From: Escherichia phage Ecwhy_1 | Sequence record: MH791411.1 | Reading direction: 5' to 3' (one strand) | Length of the DNA stretch: 64,000 bases | Shown: positions 16,568 to 25,391 of the stretch, piece after piece | Numbering within the stretch: the stretch's first letter is position 1 | Layout of the letters: each line of letters starts with the position of its first letter | Made by a program: the position numbers and the translations under genes | Notes under the pieces: generated by a model | Database searches by the model: none | What the model saw: only the letters and a program-made list of their open reading frames with translations | Told to the model about the DNA's origin: nothing

Positions 16568-19264
16568 TTACCAATTGATTGTTCCTGTTTGTGACGGTAG
16601 ACCATAACTAACTGGGAATGAAGAACCAGCAGCTTCAAGAGACGCACCGAAAATATCCAATCTTGAACGTTTTTGTATGTTAACATTTGATATTTGTAGT
16701 GAGTTTGTTTGTATAGTACCTATCCAGAAAATATTATATGCTGTAGAACCAGTTTCTGAAATAACATCAGTTGTTATTACATATTTTGCATTACCTTGTT
16801 CCATTTTAACATATACATGAAATAATGTGTTTGCTGGATTAGCCTTAACTGTAGTTAAGTTTATACTAGTAATCGGTAATGTAAATGCTTTACCAGAAAG
16901 AATTACTGGAGTTTCTTCTGTGAAGTACACAATAAAACCTTGAGCAACGTCTTGTGAAACTACGTTAATCGGTGCACCTTGAGCAGTCCAGTTATTATAA
17001 TCAGCAATTGTAGTACCACATTTTTGGAAAGTCATTTTGTTTACATAGTCTATTGCTTGGAAATAACCAAAACCAATACCAGGTAAAGCTGCTGGTTGAA
17101 TACCTTGCTCATAACTTGCATGTGAACCACTGATAATAAAACTATCAAATTGTGCAGTTGCTTTTGTTACATATGCTCTGAATTGGTGTGTGTTTGTATT
17201 ACCAATAGTTGGGTGAGATAATGGGTCAGAACCACCTATGAAGTAGAAAGAACCACCATCATATATTGTTAAACCAACAGAAGACGAAGCAAAACTACCA
17301 TTACCATTTGGTGTAAAGTTACTTCCGTAAACGTTTTCTAGTACTAAACGCTTGAAGGTAATTGTAGTGATATTACCTGAACGTGTATTCACATTCACTT
17401 CAGCAATTCTAATATAGTTCTGATATGTATTTGTAACTGTACTTAGCATTACGAATGCAGGTATATCAGTTTGTTGTGGAACAAACAATGTCATATCTTT
17501 ATAAGCAGCGGAAGATAAGTTCCAGTCGCTTAGTACTTTGGCGTATTCAGCATTTCTGAAATTATCAAGTACAGATTGAGTAACACTAATGATACCAGTT
17601 CCGTTCATATTTTTATCATATGATAGTGATTGGGAATATCTCTGACCTACCATGAATATCCCACCATTTGTAGTAACATTATTACCACTAATGGAACTAA
17701 TAAAAACTCTGTTGTTCGTGTTATCTGTCACATTAGCACGTTCTGTTGTTGGCTCATAACCTTGTATGGTTCCACGTGATAAAGAATTAAACGTAAAGTT
17801 AGGAGTACTTTTATGAACTGCATAAGATGGACGGAATGCACCAGAACCAGTTGAACGAGAATACTGTTTAGTACTGTTCCCTGGAAGCAATTCTACGCCG
17901 TTAATAAAAGAACCAACTGCTGAACCAAATGAAGGACGAACTATGCCATTTCTGAAATCAGTTGAAATGTTCGCACGTACATTAATCATGCTATATATTG
18001 ATTGTGCAGTAAATTTAGCTTTCTGCATAAGCAATGGTTCTGCTAAGTTTGGACATGCAGTACAGAATACTTCACCTGTATTCAGATAATAATATGAACT
18101 GTAAATGTTTCTTGCACCGCTATGGTCATATAAAGGATCTTTGTTGAGAACGTTACCAGTAGCAACCAATGCCGAACCTGTGTTTGTAACAACAAATGGT
18201 GCAGCAAATGTACCAATATCGTTCCCATTATCCAAGTTACATTGTTTAGTACTCATGTTAAAATTGAAACTATAACTATGCTGTGGTCGGGTATTGTAGT
18301 TTGCCATAGTGAACCATGCGTCACCATTCATTCTGAATCGGAAGTTCTGCGTTCCTGGCTCCTGAGCAACATATAAATCGATAGATGTCATATAAATCCC
18401 CATACCAGCCAAATTTTGTGGTACATAGACATATGGCTTATCAGCAATATTAGTTGAGTTAACATGGTCAGTAATGATTATATTATTCTGAGCAGTATAT
18501 GTAGTATTGTAAAAAGTTTTTGTTGTCCATCCCGTGATTCGGGTAGCAGTATAAGTACCGTTTGCAATATTCAATACAACACGAACAACAACAATCTGTA
18601 GTTTGTTATTTTCATTAAGGACGTTGAATACATAAACTGAACCGTCTTCTGCCATCATAGCATACTCAATCCCACCTTCAGGTGAAATATCAGCTTGGTT
18701 CACAAAAAGACCACTATGTTGTGTATCATCCAATGTACCATTCGTTACTGATATAAACAACCCATTAGTATTGGTAGATGTGTCATTGTAACGACCTAAT
18801 AGTATTTTTGAATCAGTATTGTATAAACCAATAGCAACACGGTTTGCCCCAAAATAGCCAGGCTTATACTGACGGCTTGTATTAACAGTACGGCTCATAT
18901 CGGTAACGGATAATGCGTTCGCTAGGTAAGAATAAAATAAACCTTCAACACTACCGTTTGTACCACTACGTAATAGTACTAATGTGCCATCGTTTTCTAA
19001 AAGTATTTTGTTTCTACGTTGGGATTGGTTTTCTGATGCACCATTAAAATCACCAGATACCCCAGCAGGTAGATAGTTATGTGTACCATAATGCGAGATT
19101 GGAAGTAAACTAATTACATCAAGTAATTCTTCTTTGGAATATGTATCAATTTCCATATTACCATTAGCATCAAATACTTGATCATTGATGCCCTGTACTG
19201 TTCTTTTCCCTTTAACTGTCACATTATGAGTGACGTCTAAGCCACCATATATTTTCTTTGACAT
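16568..19264 (-). CDS. tail fibre / receptor-binding protein
   Basis: 898 aa; fibre-like composition; N-terminal LPISHYGTHNYLP and C-terminal VYFTEETPVILSG...SSFPVSYGLPSQTGT blocks shared with 13222..15951. Confidence 0.55.
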   Translation of the reverse strand: MSKKIYGGLDVTHNVTVKGKRTVQGINDQVFDANGNMEIDTYSKEELLDVISLLPISHYGTHNYLPAGVSGDFNGASENQSQRRNKILLENDGTLVLLRSGTNGSVEGLFYSYLANALSVTDMSRTVNTSRQYKPGYFGANRVAIGLYNTDSKILLGRYNDTSTNTNGLFISVTNGTLDDTQHSGLFVNQADISPEGGIEYAMMAEDGSVYVFNVLNENNKLQIVVVRVVLNIANGTYTATRITGWTTKTFYNTTYTAQNNIIITDHVNSTNIADKPYVYVPQNLAGMGIYMTSIDLYVAQEPGTQNFRFRMNGDAWFTMANYNTRPQHSYSFNFNMSTKQCNLDNGNDIGTFAAPFVVTNTGSALVATGNVLNKDPLYDHSGARNIYSSYYYLNTGEVFCTACPNLAEPLLMQKAKFTAQSIYSMINVRANISTDFRNGIVRPSFGSAVGSFINGVELLPGNSTKQYSRSTGSGAFRPSYAVHKSTPNFTFNSLSRGTIQGYEPTTERANVTDNTNNRVFISSISGNNVTTNGGIFMVGQRYSQSLSYDKNMNGTGIISVTQSVLDNFRNAEYAKVLSDWNLSSAAYKDMTLFVPQQTDIPAFVMLSTVTNTYQNYIRIAEVNVNTRSGNITTITFKRLVLENVYGSNFTPNGNGSFASSSVGLTIYDGGSFYFIGGSDPLSHPTIGNTNTHQFRAYVTKATAQFDSFIISGSHASYEQGIQPAALPGIGFGYFQAIDYVNKMTFQKCGTTIADYNNWTAQGAPINVVSQDVAQGFIVYFTEETPVILSGKAFTLPITSINLTTVKANPANTLFHVYVKMEQGNAKYVITTDVISETGSTAYNIFWIGTIQTNSLQISNVNIQKRSRLDIFGASLEAAGSSFPVSYGLPSQTGTINW

Positions 19265-19311
19265 ACATATCCTTGTAATTTAGATATTAGTTACTGTATT
19301 TATGAATGTAA

Positions 19312-19334
19312 TAAAAAAGCACCCATTGGGTGCT
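19312..19334 (-). terminator. putative intrinsic terminator
   Basis: 7-bp GC-rich stem AGCACCC/GGGTGCT, ATT loop, T6 run on minus strand; directly downstream of nrdG stop. Confidence 0.5.
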
Positions 19335-19339
19335 TGTGT

Positions 19340-19810
19340 TTAAAAGTCTTTATTTTTATATAAAATTCGTTGGTTATTTGAACCACGAAATGGTAATGTT
19401 AAATTCTTTTCTTCTGAAACAAATTTACCATCAACTAATACATCTAAGTACTGAAGAATGTCTTTAGCATGATTATTCATAATCTCTTCTAAAGTATATC
19501 CACTCCAGCACCAAATAGTTTTATTGGGATAAGTCTCTTTTACAATCTTACATAGTTCTAAAATTGTTTCTATGTTCTTTTTCATTAGAGGATCTCCACC
19601 AAGGAGGGATAATCCACTAACGTAAGGCTTACTGAGTTCAGCTAAAATTATATCAATTGTATCAGTACTGAACTCTTGTCCACTTCTATAATCCCATGCT
19701 TCTTCATTGAAGCATCCGTCACACCCATGACTGCACCCACTAACAAAAAGGGAGCATCTTACTCCCTCCCCATTAATAAGGTCGTCTTTAATTATCGTCT
19801 GGTAATTCAT
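19340..19810 (-). CDS. nrdG: anaerobic ribonucleotide reductase activating protein (radical SAM)
   Basis: Cys cluster SGCSHGCDGCFNEEAW, 156 aa, immediately downstream of nrdD. Confidence 0.85.
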   Translation of the reverse strand: MNYQTIIKDDLINGEGVRCSLFVSGCSHGCDGCFNEEAWDYRSGQEFSTDTIDIILAELSKPYVSGLSLLGGDPLMKKNIETILELCKIVKETYPNKTIWCWSGYTLEEIMNNHAKDILQYLDVLVDGKFVSEEKNLTLPFRGSNNQRILYKNKDF

Positions 19811-20114
19811 CTAATATTGCACTCACTATCTCAACGAGAACATCACCATGACATGATTTCGGTTTACAGAAACAGCCAAGACGTTTCCCTGCTAACTCAA
19901 GTAAATCATCAATCTGAACTTCACCGTTAGAAATACGCTCAATAATGTATTCTCTGAACTTTTCGATTGATTCTTCCCTTGTAGCAACAATGAACTCGGC
20001 TTTGGTCTGTTTATCACTGATATGGGTAAATGGGTTGCCCCATTTAGACCCACGACCGATATACACATCATACGGTTCTTTATATTTGTTAACCACAATT
20101 GGCTTTAAATCCAT
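19788..20114 (-). CDS. conserved phage protein with GNPF motif (DUF4326-like)
   Basis: YIGRGSKWGNPF plus C-terminal GCFCKPKSCHGDVL cysteine/histidine cluster; family assignment from memory of the motif, unverified. Confidence 0.5.
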   Translation of the reverse strand: MDLKPIVVNKYKEPYDVYIGRGSKWGNPFTHISDKQTKAEFIVATREESIEKFREYIIERISNGEVQIDDLLELAGKRLGCFCKPKSCHGDVLVEIVSAILDELPDDN

Positions 20115-20122
20115 AATGTACC

Positions 20123-21955
20123 TTATTTGTGTTGTATACGCTCACAACATTCTTGTTGTTTGCCTTTGTTGAATCCACGAGACGATGGGTTCCCCAAATA
20201 TCCAGAAACACGACGAATCACTGAGATTGTCTTCTCATTGCGATTATCACATACTGGACAATGAAAACCGTGTTTATCTACACTGAACTCACCTTTATAC
20301 CCACACTCGTAACACTGGTCAATTGGCTGGTTGATGCCAAAATATGGAATCTTTGTGTAAGCGTAATTGACTAAAGTCTCAAGTGCTTGAATATTGTTAC
20401 TTAGGTTGGGTGATTCCACATAACTGATGTTTCCTCCATTACTGAGGTAAGCAAAGCCCTCTTCGTAGCTCCACTTATCAAATGCAGAACTTTCTACCCA
20501 TACTGGTTGATGGAAGGAATTTGTGATGTAATCACGTTTTAGTACTGAAGGGTATTTAGATTCGATGCAACGTGCAAATTTGTAGCAAAGTGACTCTGCT
20601 GGGGTTCCATATAGACTAAAAGCTATATTACTCTCTTTTTTGAACTCATCGCATTTTACTTTCATATAATTCAGTACTGACATACAGAACTCCTTACTGA
20701 TAGAACCAGTCAGAATTTCTGAACATTCAACTAAACCAACGTAACCAATACTAATACTAGCATATCCGTTATAAAATAGCTTGTCAATCGTTTCTTCTGC
20801 CCCTAAACGTGAAAGTGCACCTTCCATGAACAAAATCGGATTCTGCTTCGCTTTTGTGCCTTTTAAACGCTCTACGCGGTTCATCTGAGCACGATATGCA
20901 ATATTCATATGCTCGTCTATTTTATCAAAAAACTCTCCATCTGAGGCACTTTCAAGAGCAATTAGAGGTAAATTGATAGAAACCACGCCTAAGTTGAAAC
21001 GACCGTTATATTGCTCATTTCCATTGGAATCTTCCCATTTTCCTAAAAATGAACGACAACCCATAGGAGTTACTGCTGTACTGCTACTTCCTGTAACTTT
21101 GTGATTTAACGGCACAGAAACGAAGTCTGGGTAGATTCTCTTCGATGCACAACGCATTGCCAACTGTTTCATGTCATAGTTGCAATCATCGCTATTCATG
21201 TTGATTCCGTCCTGTAAAAAGAAAATTACTTTAGGAAACACAGGAGTGATCTTATCTTTACCTAAACCATTCTCATGTACTTTTAAGTACTGTTCAGTGA
21301 TTAATTTACCAAATTTTGAAGTATTCAGTCCTAAACTAAGAGAAATGAATGCTGCTTGACCATTTGTACTAATCATTGAATTTGTCTGGTAAAGTAAGGT
21401 TTGACACCCATCATAGACTTCTTTTCGTAATTCTTCCTCAATGTATTCAGTACTGAGATTATATGCCTTTTGCTTCGCTAATAGCTTATCCCACGACTTT
21501 TGGACGTAAGGTTCAAGACCAACGTCGATATGAGCCAACGATTGACCACCGTACTGGGAACTAGCAACAGCTTGTACAATTTGTGTCAGTACTGTACATG
21601 CTACACTAAAACTCTTTGGTTCTTCAATTTTGGCACAACCAATGGTAAATCCATTTTTTAGCATATCTGGGTAGTTAACTAAGCAACAGTTAGTTAATGG
21701 GCTGATATAGTAGTCTAAATCATGAATATGACCATAACCATCATTATGCCACTGCATTAGCTCCTTTGGAATAACATCTTGTGAATAATGCTTAGATAGG
21801 ATACCAGCAAGTAAATCCCTGTGTGTATTGACGCATTTCGCATCTTTGTTTGCATTTTCATTTGTAAGATCAGTATTGCTCTGATTTAGGAAATTTGTTA
21901 CGTCAGTATATAATTTATCTAATTGCATTTTACTTTCCTTGTATTTTGAAATCAT
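20123..21955 (-). CDS. nrdD: anaerobic ribonucleoside-triphosphate reductase
   Basis: 610 aa; C-terminal zinc ribbon CYECG...CPVCDNR followed by glycyl-radical motif RVSGYLG. Confidence 0.9.
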   Translation of the reverse strand: MISKYKESKMQLDKLYTDVTNFLNQSNTDLTNENANKDAKCVNTHRDLLAGILSKHYSQDVIPKELMQWHNDGYGHIHDLDYYISPLTNCCLVNYPDMLKNGFTIGCAKIEEPKSFSVACTVLTQIVQAVASSQYGGQSLAHIDVGLEPYVQKSWDKLLAKQKAYNLSTEYIEEELRKEVYDGCQTLLYQTNSMISTNGQAAFISLSLGLNTSKFGKLITEQYLKVHENGLGKDKITPVFPKVIFFLQDGINMNSDDCNYDMKQLAMRCASKRIYPDFVSVPLNHKVTGSSSTAVTPMGCRSFLGKWEDSNGNEQYNGRFNLGVVSINLPLIALESASDGEFFDKIDEHMNIAYRAQMNRVERLKGTKAKQNPILFMEGALSRLGAEETIDKLFYNGYASISIGYVGLVECSEILTGSISKEFCMSVLNYMKVKCDEFKKESNIAFSLYGTPAESLCYKFARCIESKYPSVLKRDYITNSFHQPVWVESSAFDKWSYEEGFAYLSNGGNISYVESPNLSNNIQALETLVNYAYTKIPYFGINQPIDQCYECGYKGEFSVDKHGFHCPVCDNRNEKTISVIRRVSGYLGNPSSRGFNKGKQQECCERIQHK

Positions 21956-22064
21956 CTGGGGGTGAAGTTATTTAACATCACCAGACACCATTATAGCGTC
22001 AGAACAGGGTATTTCTCTTGACCTATATCAAGGAAAGGTCACATTGCTTTATATTTGTACAAAT

Positions 22065-22087
22065 AGAAAAAGCACCACTAGGGTGCT
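22065..22087 (-). terminator. putative intrinsic terminator
   Basis: Stem AGCACC/GGTGCT with 5-nt loop and T5 run on minus strand; same AGCACC stem as the terminator at 19312. Confidence 0.45.
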
Positions 22088-22190
22088 TTAAAGTACTGCT
22101 AATATAAAAACTGCCCAAATTAGCAGTACTACATTGGTTGGAGCGGCAAAAAACATATATGCAGCAATTGCACTGCATCCGATTACAAGT

Positions 22191-22376
22191 TTAGCTAGTC
22201 TCATCTGGACTCCATGTAATAGTCACAGTAAATGTGCCTTCTTGGAAACCAAACTCATCTTGTGGGATTTGTCCAGCTAATGGGTTAAATCTTGAATCGA
22301 ATGCTTCATGTACGTCTCGCTGAATATCATAGAGACTTTCACCATCGTATTCTTTTTTAAAGATTTCATTCTGCAT
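22191..22376 (-). CDS. hypothetical protein
   Basis: Track ORF, 61 aa. Confidence 0.4.
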   Translation of the reverse strand: MQNEIFKKEYDGESLYDIQRDVHEAFDSRFNPLAGQIPQDEFGFQEGTFTVTITWSPDETS

Positions 22377-22776
22377 TTATACGTAACGACCCTCGTATTC
22401 TGTCTGGATATCCATCAAATAGATCAATGAATTGGTTTAACGCATAAGTACTGATGAATGGATTATTCTTTGCAAGTTCTATGCGTTTTTCAAAATCCAT
22501 TAATATAATCTCTGGTCTACTGAAATTTCCTTTACGTCTATATGTTAGTAAACGCTCGGTATGACCACTGAACTGAAATTCAAAATATGTTGATGCTGCA
22601 TAATCACTTCCATCAGGAACCGGAATTGAAAAATCAACATTGAACTTATTACCAAATGCGAAAAAATATCCACCATCTTCGTGTGGTATAGTTTTATCAT
22701 TTAGATGGAAATCTATTTCATCACCTAATATATCAAATATCTTGATACTTAGAGACATAAAATCATCGGCTAACAT
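22366..22776 (-). CDS. hypothetical protein
   Basis: Track ORF, 136 aa. Confidence 0.5.
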   Translation of the reverse strand: MLADDFMSLSIKIFDILGDEIDFHLNDKTIPHEDGGYFFAFGNKFNVDFSIPVPDGSDYAASTYFEFQFSGHTERLLTYRRKGNFSRPEIILMDFEKRIELAKNNPFISTYALNQFIDLFDGYPDRIRGSLRINAE

Positions 22777-22787
22777 TTCTTTTTACC

Positions 22788-23006
22788 TTATTTTATAACT
22801 CTACAATAGAAATGAATAATATACGGAAATATAGGATTATCTACGTATGTTGCAAAATTAGCTATGGTAATTTTTTTATAGTACGAGTTATGTATGGATA
22901 TAATGGTTTGTGGGTCGATTGCTTCTCTATTTGATAGTTCAACAAAACGACCACACTTCATATAAGCCTTACCATAATAATCGTAAGTTATCTCATATTG
23001 TTCCAT
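22788..23006 (-). CDS. hypothetical protein
   Basis: Track ORF, 72 aa. Confidence 0.4.
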   Translation of the reverse strand: MEQYEITYDYYGKAYMKCGRFVELSNREAIDPQTIISIHNSYYKKITIANFATYVDNPIFPYIIHFYCRVIK

Positions 23007-23408
23007 TTATTCTGGATCTTTGTTTTTATCCACTGTATTGTTTTTGTTTAGATCAATACCGAGTGCCACTGCTGCTGCCAGGTTTTCAATACCATCACCA
23101 TTCAAACGAAAACCTTGCTTGAGTAGGTTTTGTGTGTAGTATTTGTTGTAGAAAAATGCCCATACAAACATGGCGATGAAACCTAATGTACCAAAACTAA
23201 TAACGTTCAGGATTACAAAGATGACAAACGCACCGATGAATGTTAGAAAATCAGAACGGAATAGTGCAGGGATTGGACCAAAAAAGAATGTAGTCCATGA
23301 AAAACCATAGAAACCGTCTTTCTTGATTCCAGTACTTTCATTTTTTAAAGAAATAGTTTTAGCCATTGTTGACTCCTTACATGTTATGATTTGGTATACA
23401 GTACACAA
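23007..23408 (-). CDS. membrane protein
   Basis: Two hydrophobic segments (FLTFIGAFVIFVILNVISFGTLGFIAMFVWAFF); true start probably an internal ATG (MAKTISLK). Confidence 0.45.
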   Translation of the reverse strand: MCTVYQIITCKESTMAKTISLKNESTGIKKDGFYGFSWTTFFFGPIPALFRSDFLTFIGAFVIFVILNVISFGTLGFIAMFVWAFFYNKYYTQNLLKQGFRLNGDGIENLAAAVALGIDLNKNNTVDKNKDPE

Positions 23409-23646
23409 ATACTAAATTGGAAAAGTGTTCAGTACTGGAATATTTTGCTAAATCTGTTATATGGAAGTAGACATCTTTGAAATTATCATTCTCAAATGTC
23501 GTTATTTGTAAACAGTGTGTGGGTCTGAAAATATAATAATAAAATATATCATCTTCAGCCACAACTGTATGGTTTTTGTAGCGTTCAATTTTTTTCATGT
23601 GTGAATAATTTCTTTTACCCCATATTCCATAATTGCCAACGTACAA
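23377..23646 (-). CDS. hypothetical protein
   Basis: Track ORF, 89 aa; start uncertain because it overlaps the upstream gene. Confidence 0.4.
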   Translation of the reverse strand: MYVGNYGIWGKRNYSHMKKIERYKNHTVVAEDDIFYYYIFRPTHCLQITTFENDNFKDVYFHITDLAKYSSTEHFSNLVFVYCIPNHNM

Positions 23647-23963
23647 ATCTCACAAGGCTTGGCAGGGACTGGAATACCATCTTTACTTACCCGTGCAATC
23701 AACAAAGTATGAACTTCAGCACGAGAAGCCAGCAAACATGAGATTTCAGCATGAAGAAATTCACCTTGTGGACGACCAGCACGGATTGCAAAACCTTTCT
23801 GTACTGGGTGAGTATGTGTGTAAGAATTAGTACGTGTTGCCAATACACGACCTTTCTTATCAAGTGCACGAGCAATCACACGATAACGTTTGTAGCTCCC
23901 CACTTGCTCGATTGGTGGCATCCGTCGCAATTCTTCAATTAGTTTCTCAAGTTTACGATTCAT
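23595..23963 (-). CDS. cytidine/deoxycytidylate-deaminase-fold zinc deaminase
   Basis: FLHAEISCLL and AKPCEICTLAI match the H-A-E ... P-C-x-x-C zinc signature; only 122 aa, distinct from the dCMP deaminase at 34292. Confidence 0.55.
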   Translation of the reverse strand: MNRKLEKLIEELRRMPPIEQVGSYKRYRVIARALDKKGRVLATRTNSYTHTHPVQKGFAIRAGRPQGEFLHAEISCLLASRAEVHTLLIARVSKDGIPVPAKPCEICTLAIMEYGVKEIIHT

Positions 23964-24586
23964 AAGTCTAAGTCTATACCCTTTTCAAATGATTTCTCTA
24001 GAACCCAAAGTTTACATTCTTCACTCTCCAAATGCATCTTTGCCTCTTTCTGTTGTTCTATTGTACAAGACTTTATAAATTCACGCAAGGCTTCTATTGT
24101 ACTTTTTATATTTTTTATGTCTTCCAGAATTGTTTCTTTGGCTTCAGCATCAATTACAGATGAACTCCACCCGTGACGTTCTTCCCAAATTGTTTTTGTT
24201 GAATTGTAAATTGATGATGTAGAAATGACTGCATGGACCTTATTAAACGTATCGTCTGCTTCTTGTTGGGTGTAATCACCATAAGTGTTTAGCACATTTT
24301 TGTATAGTTCATCAATTGCCTCATCATAAGTATCACCACCGCAATCTAACTCATAATCATGTGCTTGTACCCATTCATCATCTTGCTCAACGTACATAGG
24401 TGAGATGAATTCTACCCAAAATTGTGTCTTTGTATTCAGAGCTTTAAATGATTCAATGCGGTTTGTGATTGGACACACATCATGTGGTTCGATATCAATC
24501 CTTGGGGGAACCATATCTCCGTTGATGAATTTAGGATGGCCCATAATCCACCAGTACTTTTCAGATGTAGTCATTGTAATCTCCAA
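23960..24586 (-). CDS. hypothetical acidic protein
   Basis: Track ORF, 208 aa. Confidence 0.5.
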   Translation of the reverse strand: MEITMTTSEKYWWIMGHPKFINGDMVPPRIDIEPHDVCPITNRIESFKALNTKTQFWVEFISPMYVEQDDEWVQAHDYELDCGGDTYDEAIDELYKNVLNTYGDYTQQEADDTFNKVHAVISTSSIYNSTKTIWEERHGWSSSVIDAEAKETILEDIKNIKSTIEALREFIKSCTIEQQKEAKMHLESEECKLWVLEKSFEKGIDLDL

Positions 24587-24619
24587 ATAAAAAGTACTGC
24601 CACTATAACAGTACTGATA

Positions 24620-24979
24620 TTAAATGTAACGTTTCTTTTTATAATCATACCCTACTTCTTTGTAAAAGTCAAACAAAGAAGCATGGGTAAACGTAGGTAA
24701 CAGATCATATGGGTGCTGATAGTTCGCAATACCAACAACTGCCAGCATTGATTCAGCCGTTCTGGAATTTTCACTATCCCATTCATCTAAACGCCACAGT
24801 GAACAAAGAACTTCACGTTCGTGTTGCTTACCAAGAAAGAATTCAGCTTCACGGTCACGAAATGCACCTACGCTGATAGTACTTTTGTACCAGTCTTTCT
24901 CACCATAAGCTGGCATACGGATAATGTGTTTTTCTTGAGCTTCACCAAAGCGATGAAGAAATGCCACATAATCACTCAT
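24620..24979 (-). CDS. hypothetical protein
   Basis: Track ORF, 119 aa. Confidence 0.5.
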   Translation of the reverse strand: MSDYVAFLHRFGEAQEKHIIRMPAYGEKDWYKSTISVGAFRDREAEFFLGKQHEREVLCSLWRLDEWDSENSRTAESMLAVVGIANYQHPYDLLPTFTHASLFDFYKEVGYDYKKKRYI

Positions 24980-25146
24980 AACTTATAACCCATTACTGGT
25001 TTTGAATAATCAGGTTCATAAAACTTTTCAGTACTGAACCCTCTGAAATTACCACGACCTGGCTTCGGACAAGCCATCCCTTCTACACCGTGCTTACCCT
25101 GAACCTTTCCGCAGTTTTTGCATTTGTATCCAATAACTTCTTTCAT
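24976..25146 (-). CDS. small zinc-ribbon-like protein
   Basis: 56-codon ORF not in track (below length cut-off): MKEVIGYKCKNCGKVQGKHGVEGMACPKPG; stop overlaps next start as ATGA. Confidence 0.35.
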   Translation of the reverse strand: MKEVIGYKCKNCGKVQGKHGVEGMACPKPGRGNFRGFSTEKFYEPDYSKPVMGYKL

Positions 25147-25391
25147 TGTGCATCCTTTGGAATAGTGTTAAGGCGTGTACGGTTTACAATCTTCCTGCAC
25201 ATGAGATTAAGATCTTGCCCATGACGCATCTCATGGCAAGCATACAATGTACCATCATAGTTAAGTTTAGTCAAATTCTGGCGAATGAACTCTGCATCAG
25301 CCTCCTGAACTTTAGGTGCACAGCCACAGAGAGTAATGGACACAAATATTGTTAATGTAATGAATATATTTTTCATGATATTTTTTCTCAT
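25143..25391 (-). CDS. putative lipoprotein
   Basis: Signal peptide ending ITLCGC (lipobox-like), 82 aa. Confidence 0.45.
   Translation of the reverse strand: MRKNIMKNIFITLTIFVSITLCGCAPKVQEADAEFIRQNLTKLNYDGTLYACHEMRHGQDLNLMCRKIVNRTRLNTIPKDAQ

Noticed and set aside
19892-20098. 68-aa minus-strand ORF nested inside 19788..20114
   Set aside because: Out of frame within the GNPF-motif gene, which has the conserved motifs; considered spurious.
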